From contig JASGHJ010000001.1 of the NCBI GenBank assembly GCA_047602405.1, positions 1,472,001 through 1,536,000 of the forward strand: 64,000 bases of DNA, in the 5' to 3' direction. The notes under the pieces are model-generated. The model was not told the origin of the DNA and did no database searches. It saw only the letters and a program-made list of their open reading frames with translations. Shown here one piece after another: positions 55,493 to 64,000 of the stretch (position 1 is its first letter; each line of letters starts with the position of its first letter). A program made the translations under genes and the position numbers. Origin of the DNA: Anaeromyxobacteraceae bacterium. GTDB lineage: Bacteria; Myxococcota; Myxococcia; Myxococcales; Anaeromyxobacteraceae.

Positions 55493-57910
55493 TCAGCTCT
55501 CGCGCATCCCCTCGAGCTCCTTCGCGAGGTCGCGCGCCTTCTGCTGGAACCGCGCGACCTCCCCGTTCAGGAACACGTTCTCCTCGCGGAGGTCCGCGAG
55601 CTCGCCGGAGAGCTTCTTCGCCCGCGCCTTCAGCTCCTGCACGTCGGCGCCCTCGGCGGTGGCGGGGCGGGCCTTCTCGAGCTCGGCGGCCCGCGCGCGC
55701 AGCTTCGCGGCCTCGCGGGCGCCCGCCTCGAGCTTGCGCTCCGACTCGGCGAGCGCGGCCCGCAGCCGCGCGGTCTCGGAGAGGTGGCGCTTCTCGGCCT
55801 CGGCGGCCTCGAGCAGGCGCAGCTTCTGGGTGTCGACCTGCTTGCGCTCCACGGCCGCGTGCAGGTCGCGCTTCTCGGCCTCGATCGCCGCGAGCGCCTG
55901 GGTGCTCGCCTGCTCGGCGGCCGCGGCGCGCGCCCGGGCCGACTGGACCTCCTCGGCGAGGTGCGCGAGCTCGCCCTCGAGGCGGGCGCGCTCCGCGGCC
56001 AGGCGCTCCTCGGCGGCCTTGCGCGCCGCCTGCGCCTCGCGGACGGCTCGCGTCGCGGCCTCCCGCTGGGCCTTCTCGGTCGAGAGCGCCTTCGCGGCGG
56101 CGGCGAGCGACGCGTCGCGCTGCTTCAGCTGCTCGCGGAGCGCCGCGGCCTCGCGCTCGACCCGGGCCGCGGCCTCCTTCTCGAGGCCCTTCTCCCGCAC
56201 CGTGGCGCCCTGCAGCTTCTCCAGCCGGGCGACGTCCGCCTCGAGCCGGCGCGCGCGCTCGCGCTCGCTCGTCGCCTCCTTCTCGAGCGCCGCGGCGCGG
56301 GCCGCCACCTCGGCGAGCTCGCCCATCACCGCGTCGGCGCGGCCGCTCGCCTCGTCGGCGGCGTTCCGGAGCGCGGCCTCGGCCGCCTGCGCGGCCTCCT
56401 TCGCCTCGGCCTCCTTCGCGTCGCGGGCGGCGAGCTCCGCCTCGCGGCGGCGGACCTGCGCCGACAGCTCGTCGCGCTCGCGGGCGAGCGCGGAGGCCCG
56501 CTCCTCGGCGCGCACGAGCCGCTGCGCCGCCTCGGCGCGGTCGCGCGAGCGCTGCGCCTCCATCTCGGCGCGCTCGGCGTCGAACGCGTGGCGCTCCTCC
56601 GCCTGGGCCGCCTCGATGGCCTGCATCGCGCGCAGGTGCCCCTCGGCGTCCTCGGTGAGCTCCGCCTCGAGCCGCTGGCGCTCGGTCTCGGAGATCGAGA
56701 GCCGGTCGGAGAGCTCGCGCTCGGTGGCCTCGGCCTTCTGGAGCGTCTCGGAGAGCACCTCGGAGGCGGCCTGGCGGTTGACCTCGCTCTCCTGGAGCTG
56801 GCGGCGGAGATCCTCGAGCCGGGCGGTGGTCGCGGCCTGATCCTGCGCGGCCTCGGACAGCTTCCGCTCGAGCTCGCCCGTGCGGCGCCGCTCGGCGGCG
56901 AGGTCGGCCTCGAGCGCGTCGCGGGTGGTGGCCGCGTCGGCGCGGGCGGCCTCGAGCTCCTTCACCGCCTCCCTGACCTTCGCGATGAAGCCGTCGCGCG
57001 CGCGGAGCCGGTCGCGGAAGTACTCGAGCCGCTCCTCCGGGGTGCCCTTCGGCGGCTGCGGATCGCGCGGCTGCTCGGAGAAGACGTCGGCCGGGTCGCG
57101 CCCACCGGGCGGCCACGCCGGCCGGTGGACCACCGCCACGCGGCCGAGGACGGCCTGGCCCGGAGGCGGCAGCGGCGGCAGCGCGGGCGGCGTGGCGTGC
57201 GGCGGCTCCGGCGCGGGGGCCGCCTGCGACGGGCGCGTCGGCTCGGGCTCCGCCATCTCGATCGCGAGCTCGGGCTCCGGCTCCGGGATCGGCGCGGGGG
57301 TCGGCGCCGGTCCGGGCGCGGGGATGGGCTCGGGCGCCGGCACGACGCGCAGGTTCACGTCGGTCGAGCGGCGCTGCGGGACGCCGGGCTGGGCGCCGGC
57401 CCCGGGCTGCGGCGCGGCCACCCGCTGGAGGACCGGCGGGCCGTCGTGCACCGGCGGGGGCGGCTTCGCCGGGGGCGGCCGCTCGGCGGACGGGGTCGTC
57501 GCGACCGGCGGCGGCCCGGGGCGCGCCGCGCTCGGGGTCACGTCGGCGTGGATGAGCGACGCAGCCCGCGCGAGGAGCTCCGCCATGTCGAACGGCCAGC
57601 GGAGGTAGTCGTCGGCGTGGGTGCGGGTCGACCGGTGCGCCTCGATCGCGGCCTCGGTCGCCTCGGCCGTGTAGAGGATGAGCGGCACGGAGGCGTGCGC
57701 GCGCTTCAGCCGGTTGCAGACCGAGAAGCCGCTCATGTCCGGCAGCTCGGCCGCGAGGAGGATGAGGTCCGGCGCGGCCTCCTTGCACCGCTCCACGGCC
57801 GGCTCGCCGGCCGGCAGGGCGGTGACCGAGAAGCCCACGGGGTCGAGGGCCCGACGGATCTCGTCGGCGAAGCCTTGATCCGGCTCGACCAGGAGGACGC
57901 TGAGGGACAT
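55493..57910 (-). CDS. Pseudo-receiver + Pro-rich linker + long coiled-coil protein (AglZ/FrzS-like architecture)
   Basis: Receiver fold VLLVEPD...PDLILLAAELPDMSGF with the phospho-Asp replaced by Ala; about 500 aa of E/A/R heptad-like sequence. Confidence 0.78.
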   Translation of the reverse strand: MSLSVLLVEPDQGFADEIRRALDPVGFSVTALPAGEPAVERCKEAAPDLILLAAELPDMSGFSVCNRLKRAHASVPLILYTAEATEAAIEAHRSTRTHADDYLRWPFDMAELLARAASLIHADVTPSAARPGPPPVATTPSAERPPPAKPPPPVHDGPPVLQRVAAPQPGAGAQPGVPQRRSTDVNLRVVPAPEPIPAPGPAPTPAPIPEPEPELAIEMAEPEPTRPSQAAPAPEPPHATPPALPPLPPPGQAVLGRVAVVHRPAWPPGGRDPADVFSEQPRDPQPPKGTPEERLEYFRDRLRARDGFIAKVREAVKELEAARADAATTRDALEADLAAERRRTGELERKLSEAAQDQAATTARLEDLRRQLQESEVNRQAASEVLSETLQKAEATERELSDRLSISETERQRLEAELTEDAEGHLRAMQAIEAAQAEERHAFDAERAEMEAQRSRDRAEAAQRLVRAEERASALARERDELSAQVRRREAELAARDAKEAEAKEAAQAAEAALRNAADEASGRADAVMGELAEVAARAAALEKEATSERERARRLEADVARLEKLQGATVREKGLEKEAAARVEREAAALREQLKQRDASLAAAAKALSTEKAQREAATRAVREAQAARKAAEERLAAERARLEGELAHLAEEVQSARARAAAAEQASTQALAAIEAEKRDLHAAVERKQVDTQKLRLLEAAEAEKRHLSETARLRAALAESERKLEAGAREAAKLRARAAELEKARPATAEGADVQELKARAKKLSGELADLREENVFLNGEVARFQQKARDLAKELEGMRES

Positions 57911-58028
57911 CGGCGCTCCATCGTACCGCACGCGGCGGCCGGGGCACGTTTCGCGCCCCCCGTCGGCCCCGGCCGGCCTGTGCGTCCTCGGCTTGGCCCC
58001 GGTGCCCGGGCCGGGGTAATGACCACAC

Positions 58029-58952
58029 GTGCCTACCTACGCGCTGCGGCTCGAGACCGGAAAGGACGAGGCGGAGGACCTCGCCGCGACCCTCATGATG
58101 GACGGGGCGAGCGGCGTGGAGGTCCGGGACGGGGAGGGGACCCCGATGCCGGGGGTCGACCGCCCGCCTGCTGGCCGGGCGTTCCTGGTCGCGTTCTACG
58201 CGGACCTCGAGGCCTGCGAGGCGGCCCGGGAGGAGCACGGAGGCTCACTCGAGCAGGTGCCGGACGAGGACTGGAGCGAGACCTGGAAGAAGGACCTGAA
58301 GCCCATGCTCGCGGGCAGGGTCTTCGTGCGGCCGTCCTGGATCACCGCCGCGCCGCCGCCGGGCGCGGTCGAGGTGGTGCTCGACCCCGGGATGGCGTTC
58401 GGGACCGGCTCCCACCCGACCACGTCGCTCTGCCTGAGGGCGCTCTCGGACGCGCTGCCGGCCGCCGGAGGCGCGGCGGGGGTCGCCGTCCGGCAAGGCG
58501 CGGCGGTGCTCGACGTCGGCACCGGCTCCGGGCTCCTCGCCATCGCGGCCAGGAAGCTCGGCGCGACGACGGTGGCCGGGAACGACGTGGACCCGGTGGC
58601 CGTGGACGTCGCCCGCGAGAACGCCGCCGCGAACGGGGTGAGCCTCGGTGCCGACTTCGAGCTCAGGGCCGAGGGGCTCGAGCGGCTCACCGGGCCGTAC
58701 GACGTCGTGGTCGCGAACATCCTCGCGAACACCCTCGTCGAGCTCGCGCCCGAGATCGCCGCGCGGCTCGCGCCGGGCGGGCTCCTGTTCCTGTCCGGCA
58801 TCCTCGCCGGCCAGGAGGGCGAGGTGCGCGACGCGTACGTCGCCCGCGGGCTCGCGGCGCGCCTCGACCTCGATCGGGCCGAGGGCGAGTGGCGGCTGGT
58901 CGCGCTGGAGCGGGCGGATCCCCGGCGGCCCGTCCCGGAGCGCCGGCCGTGA
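58029..58952 (+). CDS. prmA: Ribosomal protein L11 methyltransferase
   Basis: DEDWSETWK, LDPGMAFGTGSHPTT, LDVGTGSGLL, VANILA, LSGIL. Confidence 0.93.
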   Translation: MPTYALRLETGKDEAEDLAATLMMDGASGVEVRDGEGTPMPGVDRPPAGRAFLVAFYADLEACEAAREEHGGSLEQVPDEDWSETWKKDLKPMLAGRVFVRPSWITAAPPPGAVEVVLDPGMAFGTGSHPTTSLCLRALSDALPAAGGAAGVAVRQGAAVLDVGTGSGLLAIAARKLGATTVAGNDVDPVAVDVARENAAANGVSLGADFELRAEGLERLTGPYDVVVANILANTLVELAPEIAARLAPGGLLFLSGILAGQEGEVRDAYVARGLAARLDLDRAEGEWRLVALERADPRRPVPERRP

Positions 58953-59704
58953 CCTCGCGCCGCGTGTTCCTCCCGCCGGCCGCGCTGCATGGTGATCACG
59001 CGGTGCTCACGCCGGAGGCGCGGCACCACCTCGTGGACGTGCTGCGCCTCCTGCCCGGCGAGGCGATCGAGGTGTTCGACGGCCAGGGCGGCGCGTGGGA
59101 CGGGACGCTCGCGCCCGGTCTCGACGTGCTCGCGCTCGGCCCGCGCCGCGAGGCCGCCCGGCCCGGCGCCGACGTGCGCCTGCTCGTCGCGCTCGCGAAG
59201 GGCGAGAAGATGGACCTCGTCGTGCAGAAGACGACCGAGCTCGGCGTCACCGCGGTCGTGCCGTTCGAGGCGGAGCGGTCGGTGGTGCGGCTCGAGGGCG
59301 AGCGCGCCGAGGAGCGGGCCCGCCGGTGGCGGCGCATCGCCGAGGAGGCCGCGCGGCAGTGCGGCCGCGCCGACGTGCCGGACGTGCTCGCGCCGCGCTC
59401 GCTCGCGAAGGCCCTCGCGGCGATTCCGGCCGGCTTCGCGCTGCACGTGTTCCACGTCGAGGCGGGCGAGGCGGCTGGGTCGAAGCCGCCGGCGGCGGCC
59501 GCGCCCGGCCACGCGCTCGTCGTCGGACCCGAGGGCGGACTGACCGCGGGTGAGGTGGCCGCGTGCCTGGCCGCCGGTGCGCGCCCCGCGACGCTCGGAC
59601 CGCGCGTCCTGCGCGCCGAGACCGCGGCGATCGTGGCGGTCGCGCTGGCGCAGGCGAGGCACGGGGACCTCGCCGGTGCCTTCCTTGACCAGCCCCCCCG
59701 GTGA
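58949..59704 (+). CDS. rsmE: 16S rRNA m3U1498 methyltransferase
   Basis: HHLVDVLR, KMDLVVQKTTELG, EAARQCGR, VGPEGG, LGPRVLRAETA; GTGA overlap with prmA. Confidence 0.93.
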   Translation: MTSRRVFLPPAALHGDHAVLTPEARHHLVDVLRLLPGEAIEVFDGQGGAWDGTLAPGLDVLALGPRREAARPGADVRLLVALAKGEKMDLVVQKTTELGVTAVVPFEAERSVVRLEGERAEERARRWRRIAEEAARQCGRADVPDVLAPRSLAKALAAIPAGFALHVFHVEAGEAAGSKPPAAAAPGHALVVGPEGGLTAGEVAACLAAGARPATLGPRVLRAETAAIVAVALAQARHGDLAGAFLDQPPR

Positions 59705-59719
59705 CCGTAGCTTCGGGCC

Positions 59720-61444
59720 GTGAAGTGCCCGCGATGTGGACGCGATTCGACCGACGGCGCGGCGATGTGCCGTCGCTGTGGCGCGCCCCTCGCCATCCCC
59801 GACGAGCCCCGCCCCGCGCGCCTCGACGCCCCGCTCGACCTCGACCGGCGCGCGCGCACGACGCTCCCCGGTCCGCCCGCCGGCGCCGCCCCTCCGGTCC
59901 GCCCGCCGGTGCGACCTCCCGTGCGTCCGCCGCCGCAGGCCGTGCCGACTCAGGCCGTGCCGACTCAGGCCGTGCCTCCTCAGGCTGTGCCTCCTCAGGC
60001 TGTGCCTCCTCAGGCTGTGCCTCCTCAGGCTGTGCCACCCGCGCCGAACCGGGCCGTCCCGCCTCCGAGGCCGCAGGCCCCGCCGACGCGTCCGCCGCCT
60101 CCGGTCGTGCGGCCGGCGGCGGTGCCCCCGGAGGATCCTCCCGACTTCTTCGCGCCGCCCGTCACGCCGACGCCGCAGCCCCTCGCGCCGCTCGTGCTGC
60201 AGGGTGACGCCGATCCGACCGCCATCACCTCGCCCGGCCTCGTGCTCGGGTCCGGCGGTGCGGACCTCGGCCACCTGCCGCGCCAGTCGAACCCGCCCGG
60301 CTACGCCGCCGAGGACGGACCCTCCGAGGCCGAGCCCGCCGGCGCCGCCGACCTCGCCCGGCCCGCGTCCGATGACGACGCCGCCCTCGAGGAGGCCTCG
60401 CCGCTCGGCTCCGCCGAGTACGTGCTGGCGGACTTGCCCGAGGAGGATCCCCCGGGCCTCGCCGAGCCCGCGATGTCGGAGGCGGACCTCGCGTTCGCGG
60501 AGATCACCGATCGCGTGCGGGGCATGACCCCGCGTCCCGCGCCCGCCCAGCCCGGCTGGCCGATCGAGCTCGGACCGCCGCAGGCACTCCCCGGCGAGCG
60601 GCCCGCGATGGAGCTGTTCGACCCTACGCCGGCGCCGAAGGCACCGGTGGCGGCCTCTTCGCCTCCGACGAGGGCCCCGGCACCGCCTGTCGCGCCGCCC
60701 GCGCGAAGCGCCGTTGCTGCTCCGGTTCCAGCACCTGCACCAGCACCTGCACCAGCTCCAGCACCAGCACCAGCACCTCGACCAGCACCTGCACCTGCAC
60801 CAGCTCCCGTTGCCGTTGCTGCGCCCGCTCCTGCTGCCGCGGCGGTCCCGGCAGCGGGATCAGGACCGGGAGCGGGGCCCTCGGTCTCCGGGCTTCCGCC
60901 CCCGAGCGCGCTGCCGAGGACGCCGGTCCGTCGCGCGCCTCCGCGCCCGCCGGCGGACCTGGAGCTGCCCGAGGCCGACGTCACCTCCATCGAGGTCCAC
61001 GTCACCGTCGCACCCGCGTGGCGCCGCGCTGCGGCCTGGGCGGTCGACGGCGTCCCCTTCGCCGCCGGCGTGGCCGGCCTCGTCGCCTGGCTCTCCTCGC
61101 AGGCGCCCGGGAAGGGCGACCGACTGTCCGCGCTGGCCGAGCTCGCGCTCTCGCAGCGGGCGGTCGGCCTCTCGCTCGTCGCCTTCCTCGCGCTCGTCCT
61201 CTTCACCTACGGCACGCTCGCGCACGCCCTCGCCGGCGCCACGCTCGGCAAGCGCCTGCTCGGCCTGCGGATCGTCGCGACCGACGGCGGGCGCCCCTCG
61301 CTCCTGCGCTGCGCGGTCCGCTCGGCGCTCTCGCTCGTCTCGATGGGCCTCCTCGGGCTCGGGTTCCTGCTCGCGCTCTTCAACCGCTCCGGCCGGTCGC
61401 TGCACGACCTCCTCGCCGGGACGTGGGTCGTGGAGGCGCCTTGA
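59720..61444 (+). CDS. Zinc-ribbon + Pro-rich region + RDD-family membrane protein
   Basis: CPRC...CRRC; C-terminal WRRAAAWAVD, TLGKRLLGLRIV, SLHDLLAGTWV. Confidence 0.85.
   Translation: MKCPRCGRDSTDGAAMCRRCGAPLAIPDEPRPARLDAPLDLDRRARTTLPGPPAGAAPPVRPPVRPPVRPPPQAVPTQAVPTQAVPPQAVPPQAVPPQAVPPQAVPPAPNRAVPPPRPQAPPTRPPPPVVRPAAVPPEDPPDFFAPPVTPTPQPLAPLVLQGDADPTAITSPGLVLGSGGADLGHLPRQSNPPGYAAEDGPSEAEPAGAADLARPASDDDAALEEASPLGSAEYVLADLPEEDPPGLAEPAMSEADLAFAEITDRVRGMTPRPAPAQPGWPIELGPPQALPGERPAMELFDPTPAPKAPVAASSPPTRAPAPPVAPPARSAVAAPVPAPAPAPAPAPAPAPAPRPAPAPAPAPVAVAAPAPAAAAVPAAGSGPGAGPSVSGLPPPSALPRTPVRRAPPRPPADLELPEADVTSIEVHVTVAPAWRRAAAWAVDGVPFAAGVAGLVAWLSSQAPGKGDRLSALAELALSQRAVGLSLVAFLALVLFTYGTLAHALAGATLGKRLLGLRIVATDGGRPSLLRCAVRSALSLVSMGLLGLGFLLALFNRSGRSLHDLLAGTWVVEAP
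59936..60040 (+). repeat. In-frame 15-bp tandem repeat x7 (QAVPT/QAVPP)
   Basis: CAGGC(C/T)GTGCC(G/T)(A/C)CT units read directly. Confidence 0.9.
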
Positions 61445-61476
61445 CCGGCGGCGAAGGGGGGTCCTACAAGGGCAAG

Positions 61477-64000
61477 GTGAGGAAGGACCTCGCCGCGCTG
61501 CTGGCGGAGGAGGGGACCCTGCCGGCGGAGGTGCTGGAGCGCGCGGTCCTGCGCCAGCGCGACGTCGGCGGCGCCCTCGACACCGCGCTCCTGGAGCTCG
61601 GGGCCCTCGACGAGGAGCGCCTCGTCGGGCTCCTGTCGCGCGCGTCCGGGCTGCCGGCCGCGCCCCCCGAGGCGTGGGCCGAGACCGACGCGCGCGCGCG
61701 CCGGGTCTTCCCGTCGCGGGTCGCCGAGCGCCACGGGCTCGCGCCGTTCCGGCTCGACGGCCGCGAGCTCCGGCTCGCCGCCACGCACCCGGTCGACCTC
61801 GCCATCCTCGACGAGCTCAGCTTCATGCTGTCGCTCCACCTCACCGCCCACGTCGGGCCCGAGTGGCGGGTGCGCCAGCTCATCCACCGGCTCTACGGCG
61901 GCGCGCTGCCGCCGCGCTTCGCCGCGCTCGCGAACGGCGGGCCGCCGGTGCCGCCGCTCCCCGCGCCGGCCGTGACGCCCGGGTCGCGGCAGGCCGGCTC
62001 GCGACAGGCGCAGCAGGCCGTCGCGGCGCCCGCCGAGCTCCTCGAGGGCCTCGACATCGAGGACGTGCTCGTCCCCGGACCCGAGGGTGACGCCGACGCC
62101 GCGCCCGGAGCAGGCCCTGAAGCAGGGCCCGCGGCCGGTGCGGACGCGGCCGAGGCGTTTCCCGGTGCCGCGGACCCGGGCGACGGCTTCGGTGCGCCCG
62201 AGCCCGCGGCGCTCACCGACGCGCGGAGCCACGAGCCGCCGCCGCTCCCGGCCGTCTTCGAGGACGGCGAGGAGGATCCCCTCGCCGCCGCGCTCGAGCA
62301 GGCGGTCGAGGCGGTCGAGCTCGGGTTCCTGGACGAGGTCGAGGTCGACGAGCAAACCGCCGACGAGGGGCACGCCGCGGCGGAGGAGCACGCCTCCCGC
62401 GCCTCGGAGCCGGAGCCCGCGCCGGAGGAGCTCGACCGGAGCGCGCCGCCGCGCTGGTCGCTCGGCGAGGCGCGCGCCGCGCTCGACGCCGCCCGCCACC
62501 GCGACGGGGTGGTGCTCGCGGCGCTCCGCTACACCCGCGACTTCTTCCAGTTCGCCGCGCTCTTCGCGGTGGCGCGGGACGCCTTCGCCGGGCACGACGC
62601 GCTCGGCGAGGAGGAGGGCGCGCGCGAGAATCGTCCGCACCGTCGCGCTGTATGCGAGCGAGCCCGGCGTCCTGCGCACCGTGATGGAGACCGGTGGGCC
62701 GTACCTCGGCCCGGTCACCCGCGAGCCCGGCACCGACGCCGTGCTGCGGGGGCTCGCCCGGCCGATGCCGCGCACCGTGTTCGTGTTCCCGGTGCTCGTC
62801 CGCGGCCGGATCGTCTGCCTCGTGTACGCCGACAACGGCGAGGCGCCGGTCTCGGCGCGCCGCCTGGGCGACCTTCTCACGATGCTGTCGGGCGTCGGCG
62901 GCGCCTTCGAGCGCGTGCTGCTCGCGCAGAAGAAGCGCGGCGCGGCGGAGGAGCCCGAGCAGCCCGAGACCTGGCGCACGCGCGAGCCCGCGAGGCTGCC
63001 GCAGCCGGACCCGGCCATCCTGGGCGGGGCCGAGGAAGTCCTGGCCGTCGCGACGCCCGAGGCAACGCCGGAGCCTGCCCCCGAGCCCATCCCCGAGCCC
63101 GCCGCGGCCCCGGCGTGGGAGGAGCCACCCACGGGCGAGATGCCGCTCGCCGCGCAGGAGCCCGCCGAGCCGCCGCTCGAGCTCGAGCCGGCGGCGCCCC
63201 TCGCCGGCGCCGATCCGGAGGCCGCCAGCTTCGCCGACGTCGCCGGTGACGCAGCCGCGGAGGCTGCAGCCGCTGCCGAGGCCGCCGCCGCCGCGGAGGC
63301 TGCCGCTGCCGCCGAGGCCGCCGCCGAGGCCGCCCAGCTCGAGCGCGCCACCGCCGAGGCGCTCGCCGCGGTCGAGGCTGCGCGGGCGCCGGAGGGACTC
63401 CCGCCGCGCCCGCGGCCCGCCGAGCCGCCCGTCCGCCCGCAGCCCACGACGCTCGTCGGCGTGCCCGCGGCGGTGGCTCCGGCCGCCGCGGCTCCCGTGC
63501 CCGTCGCGCCTCCCGCCCCGGAGCCCTCCGGCTCCCCCGACGTCGAGGTCACCTTCGTCGAGGCGCCGGACACCACCGACGAGGTCGCGCTTCCGCCGCC
63601 GGAGGAGACGCTCGGCTCGCTCGCCGACAAGGCGTTCTCGACCGACCCCGCCGTCGCGTCCGCCGCGGTCGCCCACCTGGCCGCGCGCCGCCACGAGCGC
63701 GGACTGCGGGACGCCACCGACCGGCTCCGCCGCGGGCTCCTCTCCGGGCTGTCGCTCCGCACCGCCTCCGCCGCGCGCGCGCTCGCGGCGCTCCGGGACG
63801 TCGAGGCCGTGCCGCTCATGGTGCAGGTGCTCGAGAATGCCGACCCGCAGGCCGCCGACGCCGTCGCGGCCGCGCTCCGGGCCATCACGATGCAGCCGCT
63901 CGGGAAGGATCCGATGCGCTGGCTGCTGTGGTGGAAGGAGAACCGCGGGCGGGGCCGTGCGGAGTGGCTCTTCGGCGCCCTCACGCACCCGCTTAAGGAG
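61477..64000 (+). CDS. FrgA-like protein (GspE-N/MshEN-like, GAF-like, HEAT-like); apparent +1 frameshift at 62629-62630; runs off the window
   Basis: N-terminal LAALLAEEG...LRQRDVGGALDTALLELG. Removing one A of GAATC (62628-62632) gives IVRTVALYASEPG...VFPVLVRGRIVCLVYADNG and a frame in which I saw no stop to the edge. Alternative start TTG 61441. Confidence 0.7.

Noticed and set aside
59936..60040. Possible CRISPR array
   Set aside because: Contiguous 15-bp in-frame coding repeats without spacers; no cas genes in the window.
897..62632. Calling the four frameshifted genes pseudogenes or programmed frameshifts
   Set aside because: Identical GATC context, no slippery runs and no other decay point to a sequencing artefact.
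1078..63988. Many long antisense or alternate-frame ORFs (e.g. 1078..3801, 18122..21139, 32086..35691, 38231..42208)
   Set aside because: Expected in very GC-rich DNA; they overlap well-supported genes and carry no motifs.

Overview
Very GC-rich chromosomal window. Gene content (PilZ paralogues, Cys-rich Ig-like lipoprotein, TPR/DUF3857 transglutaminases, pseudo-receiver coiled-coil protein, FrgA-like protein, Pxr-like RNA) suggests a myxobacterium, probably Anaeromyxobacter-like; this is inference, no database search was run. In order: two tandem PilZ genes; S46 and PepD peptidases; a divergent KinB/AlgB-like pair whose regulator lacks the AAA+ domain; ABC ATPase plus permease-M1 aminopeptidase fusion; gpmI and comF; an Ig-like lipoprotein; a ~20 kb polysaccharide cluster (18314-38181) with a sigma54-type promoter, which encloses a cadherin-like-repeat/transglutaminase lipoprotein; an apparently active/inactive pair of giant TPR-DUF3857-transglutaminase genes; a Pxr-like sRNA; two tandem cytochrome c peroxidases; a complete IS4-family element with a 10-bp target duplication; DUF4230, TfoX, hemW, an OPT transporter, a Mo-dependent oxidoreductase, a pseudo-receiver coiled-coil protein, prmA, rsmE, an RDD protein and an FrgA-like gene cut by the window edge. 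All four frameshifts found are the same event (GATC read as GAATC or GATTC), which suggests a base-calling artefact at modified GATC sites rather than real pseudogenes. The best candidates for undescribed biology are the transglutaminase genes in and beside the amide-modifying polysaccharide cluster, and the Pxr-like sRNA outside its usual context.
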